A stretch of DNA of 64,000 bases from Octopus vulgaris (GCA_951406725.2 OX597816.1:26474001-26538000); one strand, 5' to 3'. Counted from the first letter of the stretch, positions 14,267-28,592 are shown. Notes: generated from the letters alone by a model not told the origin. Made by a program: numbers and translations.

Positions 14267-15509
14267 GAGTCGAATAAAATACTATTCCAAAGTGATGAAA
14301 TAGATGAATTCTTAAAGCGAAGATCAAACGAGATACTCTGCCGTATCTCTGTACTCTAAATCCAAACATTCCGAGGTCAACTTTACCATTAATCCTTTTA
14401 GGATCAATAAATCAATTATTAATCAAAGGCTGGTGGATTAGTGAAATCGTTCCAATTCTTTGGGTTCTGAGTTCAAATGGCACACTGTATTTCTGGTGGG
14501 ATATAGAGTCCTCGATACGCAACTAACAGACATTGATCTATAAAATTAAACAGATCAAGGCATCGATCGATCGAACCAACATCTCGATTGTATTAATCTA
14601 AATGAATGAAGACTTCGACGCTACACGAAGAAGAGGTAACAAACAACATACAAACGTTATAATTATCAAATGGTTGACCTTTTATTTATTTTATTTTATT
14701 TTATTAACTTCTAATAGGAATTTAAATCAAGGTCCTTATTAAAATATTACATTCCTGTCCTTCATTTCTTCTTTTCTTATTGAATGCACTTCCAGGAATG
14801 TATAAGACATGAAAAAAGGGTTAGTCGATTAGCTCCGCCCTGGGAGATATGCATAAGACCAACCCACACATCATTTACTCTGATAGGAAAGCCACCGGTA
14901 CGAGTATGGTCGAACTGAAAGCCCTATTCAGTTCGACTTACCCCTTCTCCGGAGAACTTATGATTGATTTTGTACCAACACAAATTAATATATATTTCAA
15001 ATAAATTATTAGAGTTGTATATGTTCAGGATTCAAATCTATTCCTTATTCGAAGGTCGACCAAATATAAGCAGTACTCCAGCATAGCTAAGACAAACGAC
15101 TAAGGTCAGAAAAATTAAAAACATAGTAAAGTATGGCTATGAGTAGAATCGATAAATCGCATTATATCTTGCGCAGTTATCCTACCTGCTTATCTTGCAG
15201 TTATCCCCCTTTAAACTCTGTCTTGCAATCTCGCCGATGATGTCATTGTCATTCACTTATCAGGGTTTGGTGAAATATTTACCAGTTACATACTGTGTGT
15301 CGACCAAATTGAAACTACTCGCGTATTATTAATTTGAGGTTTTATGCCAATGCAAGAAGCCAATAAATATTGTTTTGTACTATTTTTGTACCTCTCTTTT
15401 ACTCCCTATACTCCTTTATTGTTTCTGCTTCTCGGCTCCTTCTTTTTTACCTATTGTATTCCTGCTTCACCTCACAGTCAACGTAGGAGCAACGATCCAG
15501 CAGAAACAA

Positions 15510-16143
15510 GCTGGCAGAAACAAGCTGGCAGAAACGTTAACACGCCGGGCGGAATGCTTAGCGGTATTCCGCTGAGGTCGACTTTGCCTTTCCTCCTTTC
15601 GGGGTCGATTAAATAAGTACCTATTTCTTTATTACCCACAATGGGCTAAACACAGAGGGGACAAACAAAGGACAGACATAGGTATTAAGTCGATTACATC
15701 GACCCCAGTGCGTAACTGGTACTTAATTTATCGACCCCGAAAGGATGAAAGGCAAAGTCGACCTTGGCGGAATTTGAACTCACAACGTAACGCAGACGAA
15801 ATACTGCTAAGCATTTCGCCCGGCGTGCTAACGTTTCTGCCAGCTCGCCGATTAAATAAGTACCAGTTAGGCACTGGGGTCGATATAATCGACTTAATCC
15901 GTGTGTCTGTCCTTGTTTATCACCTCTGTGTTTAGCCGCTTGTGGGTAGTAAAGAAATAAGTATTTCGTCCGTCTTTACGTTCTGAGTACAAACTCTGCC
16001 GAGGTCGACTTTGCCTTTCATCCTTTCGGGGTCGATAAATTAAGCACCAGTTACGCACTGGGGTCGATGTAATCGACTTAATTCCTTTGTCTGTCCTTGT
16101 TCGTCACCTCTATTTTTATCCCCTTGTGGGCAATAAAGAAATA
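15510..16143 (+). mobile_element. Dimeric family B SINE containing an antisense family B SINE (15622-15849)
   Basis: The inner copy is flanked by a 15-bp TSD GATTAAATAAGTACC (15607-15621, 15850-15864). The second monomer restarts at GTATTTCG (15961). Confidence 0.9.
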
Positions 16144-16512
16144 AGAAACAGCAACCAAATCTCGCATTTTAAAAGGAAGCTCCTGATGGATTATATAATC
16201 CTTTGTATGTAAAAAAAAAAAGGGATGGGATAATCTCAGGCACACACGAACAAGCCAGGTACATAAACACATATATACTAATCCACTCGCAAACATACAT
16301 CTACAAACAGTTACAAACACACATATATGTATATATACACGCAGACACAAACACTAATATAGTCACAGACACAGGCACATATTTACACAGTCACAAACAC
16401 ACTGTCACAAACACAAACACACATTCTCATAATTGTGTACATATGCACACAATTCAAACATGCCATTCATATAAGTTACATTGAATTTTGATACAATGCA
16501 GCTGTAACGAAA

Positions 16513-16526
16513 CTGCCATCTGCTGG
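16513..16526 (-). promoter_or_regulatory. Candidate CTCF site / CAGATG E-box
   Basis: Minus strand CCAGCAGATGGCAG closely fits the CTCF core consensus and lies in a short unique island between microsatellites. Confidence 0.4.
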
Positions 16527-16726
16527 TGCATATGCACTTACTCCCTACTAACCAAGAATGCAGCCAGCCCGCTCTCTTTCATTGGCTGACTAGTTGTTAG
16601 AATATTTAAGAAAATAGACATCTTATTCACTTCTGTACGCTGCACGCAAATATACACACATGCGCATTCACATGCACGTATGCATGTGAATATACATATG
16701 TGCATATTTACATACATGTATGTATG

Positions 16727-16772
<46 letters not shown>

Positions 16773-16940
16773 CATATATATATATATATGCACACACATA
16801 TATATGTGTGTGTGTATGCATATAAACATACATATATATACATGTATTCATACATATGTATGTGCATCCACACTTGTATACACCTATACTTGTGTGAGTG
16901 TTTTTGTGTACTTGCATGGGTATATGTGTATATATATATG

Positions 16941-17064
<124 letters not shown>

Positions 17065-17801
17065 TATACATATATACGTTTATGCATAAATATATATATA
17101 TATATACAGGTATATACATAAATATGTGTACACATATTAACATCTTTCCATATTTATATATCCATGTGTCCATATGTATATGTTTATATATACACACGTT
17201 TTACATGTATGTATATATATGTGTGTGTAGGCGCATGTGTGTGTGAGTTCGTTATTTGTTGAGCGCACAACAGCTCTGAACGGCCCCTTACATTCCCTCT
17301 TCACGGTTGCCTATGTAAGCGTTATTCTGCAAGAATACTTGGATACTCGTTTCACGAATTCCCAAATCTCTCGTCGATTTTTGCCAGTGACACGAGGCGA
17401 GTTCTCAACCCAGAACGCAAACAGCTGAAAGAAATACCGCCGAGGCTTTTCTTTCAACGTTCAGACGTTCTACCAATCCACCATTTTTGACGGGTACCAA
17501 ATTCATCAGACCCGAAAGTATGAATTGGTTAAGTTGACCTCGGTGAAATTTGAACTCAGAACACACAGAACCGGAACCGTAATGCATATGGTGACATATC
17601 CTGCATATCTGAACCTACGTAATACAATAAGAAAATGGGAAAATATTCAAGGCCGCAGCTATCTGTTCGGTTATTAAAAGTTGTGGCGTTATTTATGGTG
17701 CATCATACAATGAAATGAATATGGTCTGTGGAATACGCCCTGTAGTTCTTGAAATAAAAACATATTTCAAAACTGCAGAGTATGAAGTCTTGTAAGCATT
17801 T

Positions 17802-17840
<39 letters not shown>

Positions 17841-17856
17841 GTATGCATATATATGT

Positions 17857-17929
<73 letters not shown>

Positions 17930-17961
17930 CATATGTATGCATATATATGTATACATACATA

Positions 17962-18034
<73 letters not shown>

Positions 18035-18305
18035 GACCAAAACGCCCCCGTCCATTGGACGGTGCTGAGTTGTCAAACATTTAAACCAAATTTTCTCAAA
18101 ACAACTTGTCCGACCGTCCCATAGGCCTACCCTTTGAGAAACACTGAAATTTGAAACACCAACAAAAGAAGAAATAAAGATAGACTTTTTTTTCTATTCC
18201 AAAGAAAAACAATTTTATTCACACAAATATGCAACCGAAGTGTTTAAAGTACCAGTAATGATAAGGCTGTTGACTGGGAGAATACAAACATGGTTTAAAC
18301 AGTAA

Positions 18306-18492
18306 GCTTTGCCCGTTCCCACGGCTTTATCGATCGCATTCTCACCTGGAATCGATTTTTGTAATTTTTTCAAGACTTATACACAGCCTGATACCGTCGG
18401 TATTTACATATCAAATTTGAGCGCAATCGGATGCAGGATGCCCGAGATCCTAGGAGACAACACACACATACAGACAGAACAGATTTTGTATA

Positions 18493-18505
<13 letters not shown>
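18306..18505 (-). mobile_element. Possible decayed non-autonomous Helitron-like element
   Basis: AAATTTGAGCGCAATCGGATG...CACACATACAGACAG...TATAATATAT layout resembles the 5' ends of the other Helitrons here. Termini are not clear. Confidence 0.35.
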
Positions 18506-18551
<46 letters not shown>

Positions 18552-18770
18552 TACACAAGTAATTGTCGGACGATGAAAGTGAGTGCTCAATACCGTATTG
18601 GTGGATATAATTTATTTATTTGTGAATTAAGGCTACCGTTAGTTTCATCTTAAGGAAAATATCCTAGTGTCTTAACAATTTTGCAAGCCAACCAATGGAG
18701 AAAGGTTTTCGACTCCATTTTGGTAAATACATTCTATATATATGTTTATGTATATATATTTGTGCGTGTG

Positions 18771-18807
<37 letters not shown>

Positions 18808-18809
<2 letters not shown>

Positions 18810-19830
18810 GTTTAAATATTTGTTGTGCAAGATTTTTTATGTGAAGTCGTGTGTTGAAACAGATATTGTTATATTTCGGAATGGTCATATTGCCAGTTTA
18901 GCCAATAAAAACACACGCACTATATATTTGGTGTTATTTTGCTTCAGTGATATTTATTTTTTATTTTTTACATTAATCTTAATCTTATTTCGGCCAACAC
19001 GCTGAACAAGAACACGGGGGATCAATCAATAACATAGAGATTAAGATATTGTCCACACATAGAACAGATGCAACAATTAGACAAATTACAGAAGCTACAC
19101 ATATAATAGAAAATAAACCTAGCCTGAATAGAAAACTAGAATGGAGCAATAGCGCACACCACAACATATGACAATAGTGGATCCTGCAAACATAATAAAT
19201 ACACAGGTAATTAAAGAAATAGAAATGAATATCTATATATATGTATATGTGTATATATATGTATATGTATATATGTGTGTATATATGTATATATATATGT
19301 ATATGTATGTGTATGTATATATATATGTGTATATGTATATTCTTTTTTTTTTTTTTTCGATTAGATTTATTATTATTATTACTAATATTGTTGTTATACA
19401 TACATACAAGCATATGTAATGATGATAATGGGTGGATGTAAACACATGAACAAAATTAGAACAAAAGCAACAACAACAAAAACAAAATACAAATTACAAG
19501 AATGTATATAACCAGAAGATACAAATATTACAGGCATCCCCCCCACACACACACTAAATAAACATAGACGCACATAGAGATATAAGCATGCGCAAATGAA
19601 GACATACAATAGAAATACAAAATGGCTGACGGTTAGTAAGGAGAGACACAAGTAAGTGAGAAGAAAACAAAGGACCACTGATGCGGTCACAGGAGTGTGA
19701 CGAAAGAACTTTGGCCGAAATAAGATTAAGATTAATGTAAAAAATAAATATCACTGAAGCAAAATAACACCAAATATATAGTGCGTGTGTTTTTATTGGC
19801 TAAACTGGCAATATGACCATTCCGAAATAT

Positions 19831-19838
<8 letters not shown>
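18808..19838 (+). mobile_element. 5'-truncated Penelope-like element (tentatively Naiad-like) with an inverted terminal-repeat copy
   Basis: 18992-19170 encodes GQHAEQEHGGSINNIEIKILSTHRTDATIRQITEATHIIENKPSLNRKLEWSNSAHHNI*, the C-terminus of a PLE GIY-YIG endonuclease. Near-perfect inverted repeat 18863-18997 / 19711-19838. (TA)n at both ends. Confidence 0.85.
19672..19716 (+). ncRNA. Degenerate hammerhead motif, family D, in the PLE 3' repeat
   Basis: GGACCA-CTGATGC-G-GTCAC-AGGAGT-GTGAC-GAAA-GAAC-TT-TGGCC. Stems I and II are recognisable; A9 is replaced by C. Confidence 0.55.
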
Positions 19839-19906
<68 letters not shown>

Positions 19907-20036
19907 TATATATGTGTGTGTATTTATATATATATGTGTGTGTGTGCAATGTTTAATCTATAATCGTGAGTCAAACAAGACAATGTATATATGTATGTAT
20001 GTATTATGTATGTATGTATGTATGTATGTATGTATT

Positions 20037-20158
20037 ATACTTAAGCAAGACTTATCGACAGTGACTTCGAAATTTCGATCAGCTAAGCCATCATTGGAAG
20101 AAGACTTAGCTGGCTGAAACTTCGAAATCGCTATCAACATTATTCTTGTTTAAGTGTA
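20037..20158. repeat. About 120-bp imperfect hairpin (small MITE-like element)
   Basis: TACTTAAGCAAGA...TTCGAAATTTCGATCAGCTAAG pairs with CTTAGCTGGCTGAAACTTCGAA...TCTTGTTTAAGTG around a 17-nt loop. Confidence 0.7.
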
Positions 20159-20260
20159 ATAAATTTGTACTCTACAAAAGTATAAACCCATCAAATTCAT
20201 GTAAAATGGATATAAAGTAAAACAAACATCAATATATATGTATATATGCGTGTGTGTATG

Positions 20261-20321
<61 letters not shown>

Positions 20322-20455
20322 TCATATTTTAACGACTTGTGTATATTTATCCCCCGATGAGAAACATCTACACCGCCGGATGTAACAATTGGCATGACTA
20401 ATAATAAATTCTCATATATTCCATCTTCTGTGTGTGTGTACGTACCTGAATATAT

Positions 20456-20528
<73 letters not shown>

Positions 20529-20546
20529 ACATGCATATATTATATA

Positions 20547-20657
20547 CAGTAACGCCTCGGAGACTGCTCGTAAAGGGAAAACTCGTAAACAGAAAAATAA
20601 AACTCGTAAATGCTCTTAAATCCGTAAAACGATTCCTCGTAAATTGAGGTATTACTG
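20547..20657. mobile_element. Short pogo/Tigger-like MITE
   Basis: TA|CAGTAACGCCTCG ... TGAGGTATTACTG ends, with internal CTCGTAAA repeats. Confidence 0.6.
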
Positions 20658-20748
20658 CTTATGTTGGTATATATGTATATGTGTATATATATACATGCAT
20701 ATAGTTTATGTGTGTATATATATATATGTATGTATATATATGTATATG

Positions 20749-20795
<47 letters not shown>

Positions 20796-21793
20796 ATATA
20801 TGTATATATATATATATATATATGTATGTATATGTATGTATGTACACTCTTTTACTATCCTATATCTCTCTCCACCCCTACACACTTAATAACACTATAA
20901 AAAGAGACGAATCCCCTCAAAAAATTCAAATCTGAAGAATTTACTAGAGTAGATGCAAGCGCTAATATATGATTTATAAAAACATGTGACATATTAATAA
21001 AAAAAATCTGTAAATGTACAAACATCCAGATTTCTGATTACCTTATTTTTTCTTAATATATAATACCTGTACATCACCTCCAAACCTTCTAATATATATA
21101 TACATATATATATATATTTCTCATCAGAATCACACACTATGCTGTTTGATCCTTCTGCTTGACATCATAGACGAATGTCACTTACTATACGTTTGGGTAG
21201 ACTCAAATATTGTAAAAGTAACTGGAGAAACGGAAACTGTTTGAATGCATTTCCGAAGAATTGCACTTATAAACTGAATCTGCAGCCTTGCACAAGCTGT
21301 CACCCGCTAATTCTGCGTGGGATTGCGTTAACATTACATGTATTTGTAGAATGCTCAGCCTTATACACGTTAATTCAATGAGCGGGAAGTACAGTTGATC
21401 GAGCAACCGGATACACATCGTCGAAAAAAGACCAATGTAGACACACACTCACACAGTCACATGCACACAGTCACATGCACATATACACAAACACACGCAC
21501 ACACACACAGACGTGCATACACACATACGTATAAGTATATATGCATGTATGCACGTGTGTTTATGTGTGTGCATAGTTATATAATTACACACACACACAC
21601 ATATATATGTATATATATATACATATATATTATATAATATATTCAGAGACGCAAACACACATATATATATATACCTATATATACATACATATATTCATCT
21701 GTGTATTTATATGAGCGTGTGTATATATATATGTTCATATATATATATATACATATATATATGTATATATATATGTGTGTGTGTATGTATACA

Positions 21794-21825
<32 letters not shown>

Positions 21826-21831
21826 TGTGTA

Positions 21832-21877
<46 letters not shown>

Positions 21878-21912
21878 TAGCTCGATGGATAGATAGATAG
21901 ATAGATAGATAG

Positions 21913-21961
<49 letters not shown>

Positions 21962-22210
21962 TTTATATACATGTGCATGTACATGTATACATAGATACAT
22001 GGACAAACATACGCACACACACACACATATATATATGTGTGTGTGTGTATACGTAAATTGATATGTAGCTTTTTTTTCTTTAATATCTTGCCAACTAGTC
22101 AAATATAGAGAAGCAGACGCCATTATGGCAAATAGTCATGGGTGCAAATGCACTAACTTTACGTAATTTCGTTGCAGTTGCATTATATAAAGATGTCCCT
22201 AGTGCACTTG

Positions 22211-22264
<54 letters not shown>

Positions 22265-22493
22265 TGTGTGCCTGTCTGTCTGTGTGCTTGTCTTTACCTC
22301 TTTGAATGTCCCACACCACCATTTGACACCAGGTACTAATATGATTACACTAGCCGTACATTAGCTGTTGGCATAAGAAACTTGTAGAATAAGTACTAAA
22401 CATAAAAATAGAAATACTGGAGTCAACTCGTTCGATTAAACCTTTCAAAGCGGGTCGCAAGGAAAGATAGAAACGTGTGTGTGTGGGAGGTGA

Positions 22494-22649
22494 GGGAGTG
22501 GCTGCATGGTAAGCAGTTTGCTAACCACCCACATGTGCTAACCAACCACATACGTGGCACCTTGGGCAAGTGTCTTCTGCTAGAGCCTCGAGCCGACCAA
22601 AGCCTTGTGAGTGGATTTGGTAGACGGAAACTGAAAGAAGCTCGTCGTA

Positions 22650-22708
<59 letters not shown>

Positions 22709-22893
22709 TTGTGCCCCCAACATCGCTTGACAACAGATGTTGGTGAGCTTAAGTCCCCGTAACTTAGCGGTTTGGCAAGACCCCAAAAGAATAAGTACTA
22801 GGCTTACAAAGAATAAGTCTTGGGGTCGATTTGTTCGACTAAAGGCGGTGCTCCAGCATGGCCGCAGTCAAATGACTGAAACAAAGGAAAGAA
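22494..22893 (+). mobile_element. SINE family A
   Basis: Same head, body and tail as 7190-7596. Confidence 0.88.
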
Positions 22894-23122
22894 TAAGTGT
22901 GTGTGTATGTATACATGTGTGTGTATACATGCATGTGTGTATACATGCATGTGTGTATACATGCATGTGTGTATACATGCATGTGTGTATACATGCATGT
23001 GTGTATATACATGTGTGTGTGTGTATGTGTGTGTATTTACAACGGAACACCTAGGGGTATTTAGCATTTTACTAATGGTTATTTTCATTCTGTGTTCAAA
23101 TACCACCATGTGTGTGTGAGTA

Positions 23123-23153
<31 letters not shown>

Positions 23154-23535
23154 ATGTTAACACTTATCTTAGGTACTTGACAAACGTCTAACAATCTATA
23201 TCAGTTTTGCTGTTATTGGCTGGTTTATTAACATTAATGATGATAAAAATTAATTTCGTGTTTACCCAATTCGATAACCCTCAAACATCTCCATTAGCAT
23301 TTGACACATTCTTTAGAGCCAGAGTCAATGTTAGTAAGTTTAAATTTATGTTGCATGATATTTGACATATATATATAGATTTGTCTGGGCTGTTCCTATC
23401 CGTGTTACTGGACACTGAGTTATTTCTCTTAGCTCATTTTTATCAAATTTATGCAGATTATCTAAGTTATAAATCTGTTTTACATTTTTCGTATAAGTCC
23501 ATGCCTCTTTGTTACTATAGATACGGCTGAAGAAT

Positions 23536-23582
23536 TGTCGTGCTGACGACGCCTATTAAGGCAGAAACATATGTCTGCCACA
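23536..23582 (+). ncRNA. Minimal type-I hammerhead motif, family C
   Basis: TGTCGTG-CTGACGA-C-GCCT-ATTA-AGGC-A-GAAAC-ATAT-GTC-TGCCACA. Canonical CUGANGA/GAAA core, palindromic stem III ACATATGT, GUC site (cut after 23575). Stem I has wobbles and one mismatch. Confidence 0.75.
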
Positions 23583-24029
23583 GTCAACTTATCTCCAAAC
23601 AATAAGACTCACCTTTTCCGTAATGGCATGTGAACTTTGGAGAATTTTCTTGAATCTTGAGATTATTTCCCCTTGCCATGAGGAGCAGGACTCTGTTGCC
23701 ATTTGCTAATTGTCATTTGCTAATTGCCATTTGCTAATTGTGACGCATCCTCCATAAGCGGAAGTGTTTTAAAATAATCATGAATTTTATGTTATATGTT
23801 ATTTGATATTCTTGTATCTGTTTATGATGTCCCTGTACATCTCACTAGTCACTGTGAGTTATTTCTCATTCTTCATCTTTGATTAATCTTAATTTACATA
23901 TACATAGATATATATAAATATTTGTGTATCTATCTATCTGCCTATCTATCTATCTATATACATATATATAGCGCCCCTCCCAAGGTTCAATAGTATATAT
24001 ACATTCATACATATATGGATAGACGTATG

Positions 24030-24090
<61 letters not shown>

Positions 24091-24093
<3 letters not shown>

Positions 24094-24232
24094 CCTCTAT
24101 TTAACTCTCTCATATCGTCTCTGATGAAGGGATCTCCCTAATATCCCAGAAACAGCTGTAAGGCTAACTTTTTCTTTATAAATGTCCTAAAAATTCCACA
24201 CAGTCTTGGTTTTGTTGTCTCATTTTATTTAA
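24091..24232 (+). mobile_element. Solo PLE terminal repeat (same family as 49178-50839) between (TA)n and (CA)n
   Basis: Aligns over its length to the reverse complement of 49178-49320 and contains a hammerhead motif. Confidence 0.85.
24117..24164 (+). ncRNA. Minimal type-I hammerhead motif, family B
   Basis: GTCT-CTGATGA-A-GGGAT...ATCCC-A-GAAAC-AGCT-GTA-AGGC. Palindromic stem III ACAGCTGT; predicted cut after 24160. Confidence 0.8.
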
Positions 24233-24248
24233 CACACACACACACACA

Positions 24249-24294
<46 letters not shown>

Positions 24295-24534
24295 ATTGAA
24301 GAAATGGAGTTGAACGAAGATTGAACAGAAATCGTTTTATTGCATTCTATTGCATTCTATTGCATTTCTTCAATTCACTATTAATATTAAAATTCAATTA
24401 TCCGCACCAACGCACGGTTGCAACACCATATGGTTGTACCTCCAACTGTGCTGTCTTCTGCTGTGATTTTTGCTACCAAGATATCGGTTAAACTTTTGAT
24501 TAATCTGCAACAAGATTATTCATCTTTCTATTTC

Positions 24535-24599
<65 letters not shown>

Positions 24600-24938
24600 A
24601 TATATATATGTGCAAGTATATCTGAGTAGAGGAGTGTAAAGAGAAGAAAAGACTGAAGAAAGGGTGATTAGTACTAATTAATATTACGAGCAATACTAAT
24701 AGGTAAAGATAGCATAGCATGGTAGGCAAGGCGATAGTAAAAGAACAATAAGGTTGAGGGAGGTGGGTGTTGAAGCGTGAGACGACAAAAGGGAGGAGGT
24801 GTTAAGATTGTTCAAGTAGGTTAGCAGACAACCCAGACCTGTAGATTACCTGTGCACTTTTAATCCATTGTTGCCTGTATATATACATACATATATGTGT
24901 GTGTGTGTGTGTGTATATATATACATATATATAAATAC

Positions 24939-24977
<39 letters not shown>

Positions 24978-25123
24978 CAAATATATATATGTGTATATAG
25001 ATATATATCAATATATATATATATATAAATGTATATTTATATAAATGTATATCTACATAAATGTATAGCTATATAAATATATATATGCATGTATATGTAT
25101 GTGTTTGTGTGTATATATATGTG

Positions 25124-25250
<127 letters not shown>

Positions 25251-25631
25251 TATACACACACACATATATATATATATATAAATATATACACACACACACA
25301 CATATATATATATAAGGATTGTATGTGTGTGTATGCATACACATGTGAATGCACGTATAAATATGTGTGTGTGTGTGTATGTGTTTATATATATAAATAT
25401 ATATATATATATACTCGAATATACGAAGGGGAGCGATGGTGAATGGTGTAGACACACAATCTACAATAGTTCAACACTTCAGCCCTACCAGCCTGCCTTC
25501 CAACTCACCCGCATACCGCTTCTCAAGAAAAAAAAATATCATTCCCATCTGTCGATCACATATTCACGTTACTCAGCTGCGCTATGTACTTTAGTAATCG
25601 CAATACGAACACATACATACGTACCATATAT

Positions 25632-25719
<88 letters not shown>

Positions 25720-25948
25720 AACGTATATATATATATATATATATATAAGCATAAACGTACATATATATATACTATGTATTTTGAAGCAAATTTACACTGT
25801 TGTTCGTAATTTAAAAGGGAACGGGGTTTTTTTTTTCGGTAGCTTTTACATTATTTTAGCCTCACCGTCATCGTCGTCCTTGTTGTCATCGTCATCGTTA
25901 TCATCGTCATCATCATCATCATCGTCATCGTCGTCGTCGTATCTTTAC

Positions 25949-26016
<68 letters not shown>

Positions 26017-26132
26017 TTATTATTATCATTATTATTACTACTACTACTACTACTACTACTATTATTATTATTATTATTATTATTGTTATTATTATTATTA
26101 TTATCATTATTGGCGGGTGTTTTTCCCTCTTT

Positions 26133-26260
<128 letters not shown>

Positions 26261-26451
26261 GTTCTCACTGGATCGCTGTATGCCTGCGAAGTTATGCAAA
26301 CACAATTTCCTATTCATTTTAAAGTTTATACTGCAAAACAACTGCAACAGAAAATATTTGTGTTGTCATGATGGAGTCGTGTTTATGAAAGAAACAAAAA
26401 CAAATAAAAACATGCAAATAACGTGTAACGAAAATCATTATATTTGAATTT

Positions 26452-26506
<55 letters not shown>

Positions 26507-26866
26507 TTTGGCCTTATCGTTTATCATAGGATAAACATGCTGCTAAGCGCTTTTAACAAACAGCAGTATTTTTTTTTTTTCTCTGCATTTTTTTTTTTTC
26601 AAATTCCGTATGTAAACAAGTTTGGCAGCTATGTATGTCAATGAGTGTTTGTGCGTGTGTGTGTGTGTGTGTGTGTATGTTTGTGCGTGTGTGTGTGTGT
26701 GTGTGTTTGTGCGCGCGCAGAAATATATATACATACATACTCACACACGCATACACACACATATATATGTATATATACATATATACACATACACACTGAT
26801 ATATATATGTGTGTGTGTACATATATATACATATATAAACACACACACATCCATATATATAAATAA

Positions 26867-26942
<76 letters not shown>

Positions 26943-26969
26943 CACACACACATCCATATATATATATAC

Positions 26970-27055
<86 letters not shown>

Positions 27056-27169
27056 TCAGTTTTCTCTACAGATTTTCAGGACAGCTTAAATCCAACACTG
27101 CAAGTTAAATCTTTTCGTATATGGGTACGTATATACTTAAATGTGTGTGTGTACATAGAGAGAGAGAGA

Positions 27170-27208
<39 letters not shown>

Positions 27209-27269
27209 GTGCGTATGTGTGCGTACATACATATATACATGTACAGTTGAATACCTCACGTGTATACTG

Positions 27270-27480
27270 GAACTCAGACCACTAGGTTTTGTTTTTAATG
27301 AGGATACTTAAAAGATAAAGTTTACGGTACAAAACTGCCAACGAACGATAAATTAAAGGCAGCCATTGAATGGGAATTGGCTCGAACACCTAACGAAATA
27401 TTTCTTGATTTTTACGATTCCATTGCTTTGCCTTATCAGCAATGCTTGGTCCAGAACGGTCACTAGGTTAAAATACTGGC
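27270..27480 (+). mobile_element. Tc1-like transposase C-terminal relic
   Basis: Degenerate GYLKDKVYGTKLPTNDKLKAAIEWEL...QQCLVQNGH. Confidence 0.65.
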
Positions 27481-27537
27481 TTACATAACATGAAGTATAT
27501 TTTGTCTCTTGTTTCTATTAAATTTTTAAAATGAAAT

Positions 27538-28270
27538 GTGGGTGACAGAGATCAACGGGAACTCTTAAAAGTCCCAATAAAAATAGGGAAATCCCAAATT
27601 CAACAAAAAAATTCACTGAAAGAAATTAAACAATTTATCTTTTAAGAATCAGGAATTCAAACTATTAATGTCTGAAAATTACGTCCTCTACCAATCTGTC
27701 GTTGAGGTTCCCCATTGCTTGGTGCAACAACTCAGTTGGTATATCACAAATTTCGTCTTGAATTCTTTGTTTTAATTTATCTAGTGTCCTTAGCCGAGCC
27801 GTGTAGACCCGACTCTAAATGTAGCCCCACAAGAAAAAAATCCGAACAAATCCAATGATCTTGGGAACCAGTGATGAACACTGAATTTTGGGATGATACG
27901 GTTACCAAATAAACCTCGCACAACTACCATTGATTACCTTATAGTGTGCGATGTCGCACCATCGTTCGTGAAGTTGCGGAAAATCGTTCAATGCAGGTGC
28001 AGCAAAAGATTGCAACGTCTCTAAATATCGATCCGAAGTGATTGTCGTAGTGATCCCTTCCTCATTTTCTATAAAACTTGTTTCATTTCTGATTGGCTCT
28101 CGTGCCAGTGGCACGTAAAAATCACCATTCGATCGCAATCGTTGCCAGTGCCGCCTGACTGGTTTCCATGCCAGTGGCACGTAAAAAGCACTATTAAAGC
28201 GAGGGTGATTTGGATTTTTCCCGTTTTTGTTGGGTATTTCAAAGGTTCCCTTTTTTGTGGTGTCACCCTA
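27538..28270 (-). mobile_element. Deleted Tc1/mariner element with diverged TIRs
   Basis: GGGTGACA...GGGAAC termini at both ends in inverted orientation. Minus-strand ENEEGITTTITSDRYLETLQSF and DGATSHT-like motifs. A short GCCAGTGGCACGTAAAAA dimer is inserted at about 28095-28195. Confidence 0.8.
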
Positions 28271-28317
28271 TACTTTATACATACATACATATATACAGAC
28301 ACACACACACAGATATA

Positions 28318-28592
28318 CGAGGTCTGATCAATAACTATCCGGACTGCTGCCATAGTAATCAAATTTGATATAGATTCTCTGCTCAACTTTTCTGTCATAG
28401 TCAGTGCGACGATCACACGTTACACACCTTCCTTCCAACGACTGCCGTAAACAGCGGAAGTGAGCAAGAAAGTTAAAATTTAGTGTGCATGCACGGCAGA
28501 GTTCAAGGTCAATCTGTGCACAGCGGCTTTACTCAGTGTGCTTTGGCTTCGTTACCATGGCAACAGTTCGGATACTTATTCATCAGACCACG
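28318..28592. mobile_element. Mariner-type MITE
   Basis: TA|CGAGGTCTGATCAATAACTATCCGGACTG ... CAGTTCGGATACTTATTCATCAGACCACG|TA. Confidence 0.88.

Noticed and set aside
19165-19680. SECIS element in the Naiad-like PLE 3' region
   Set aside because: I could not build an AUGA/AA/GA kink-turn stem by eye. SECISearch on the family consensus would decide.
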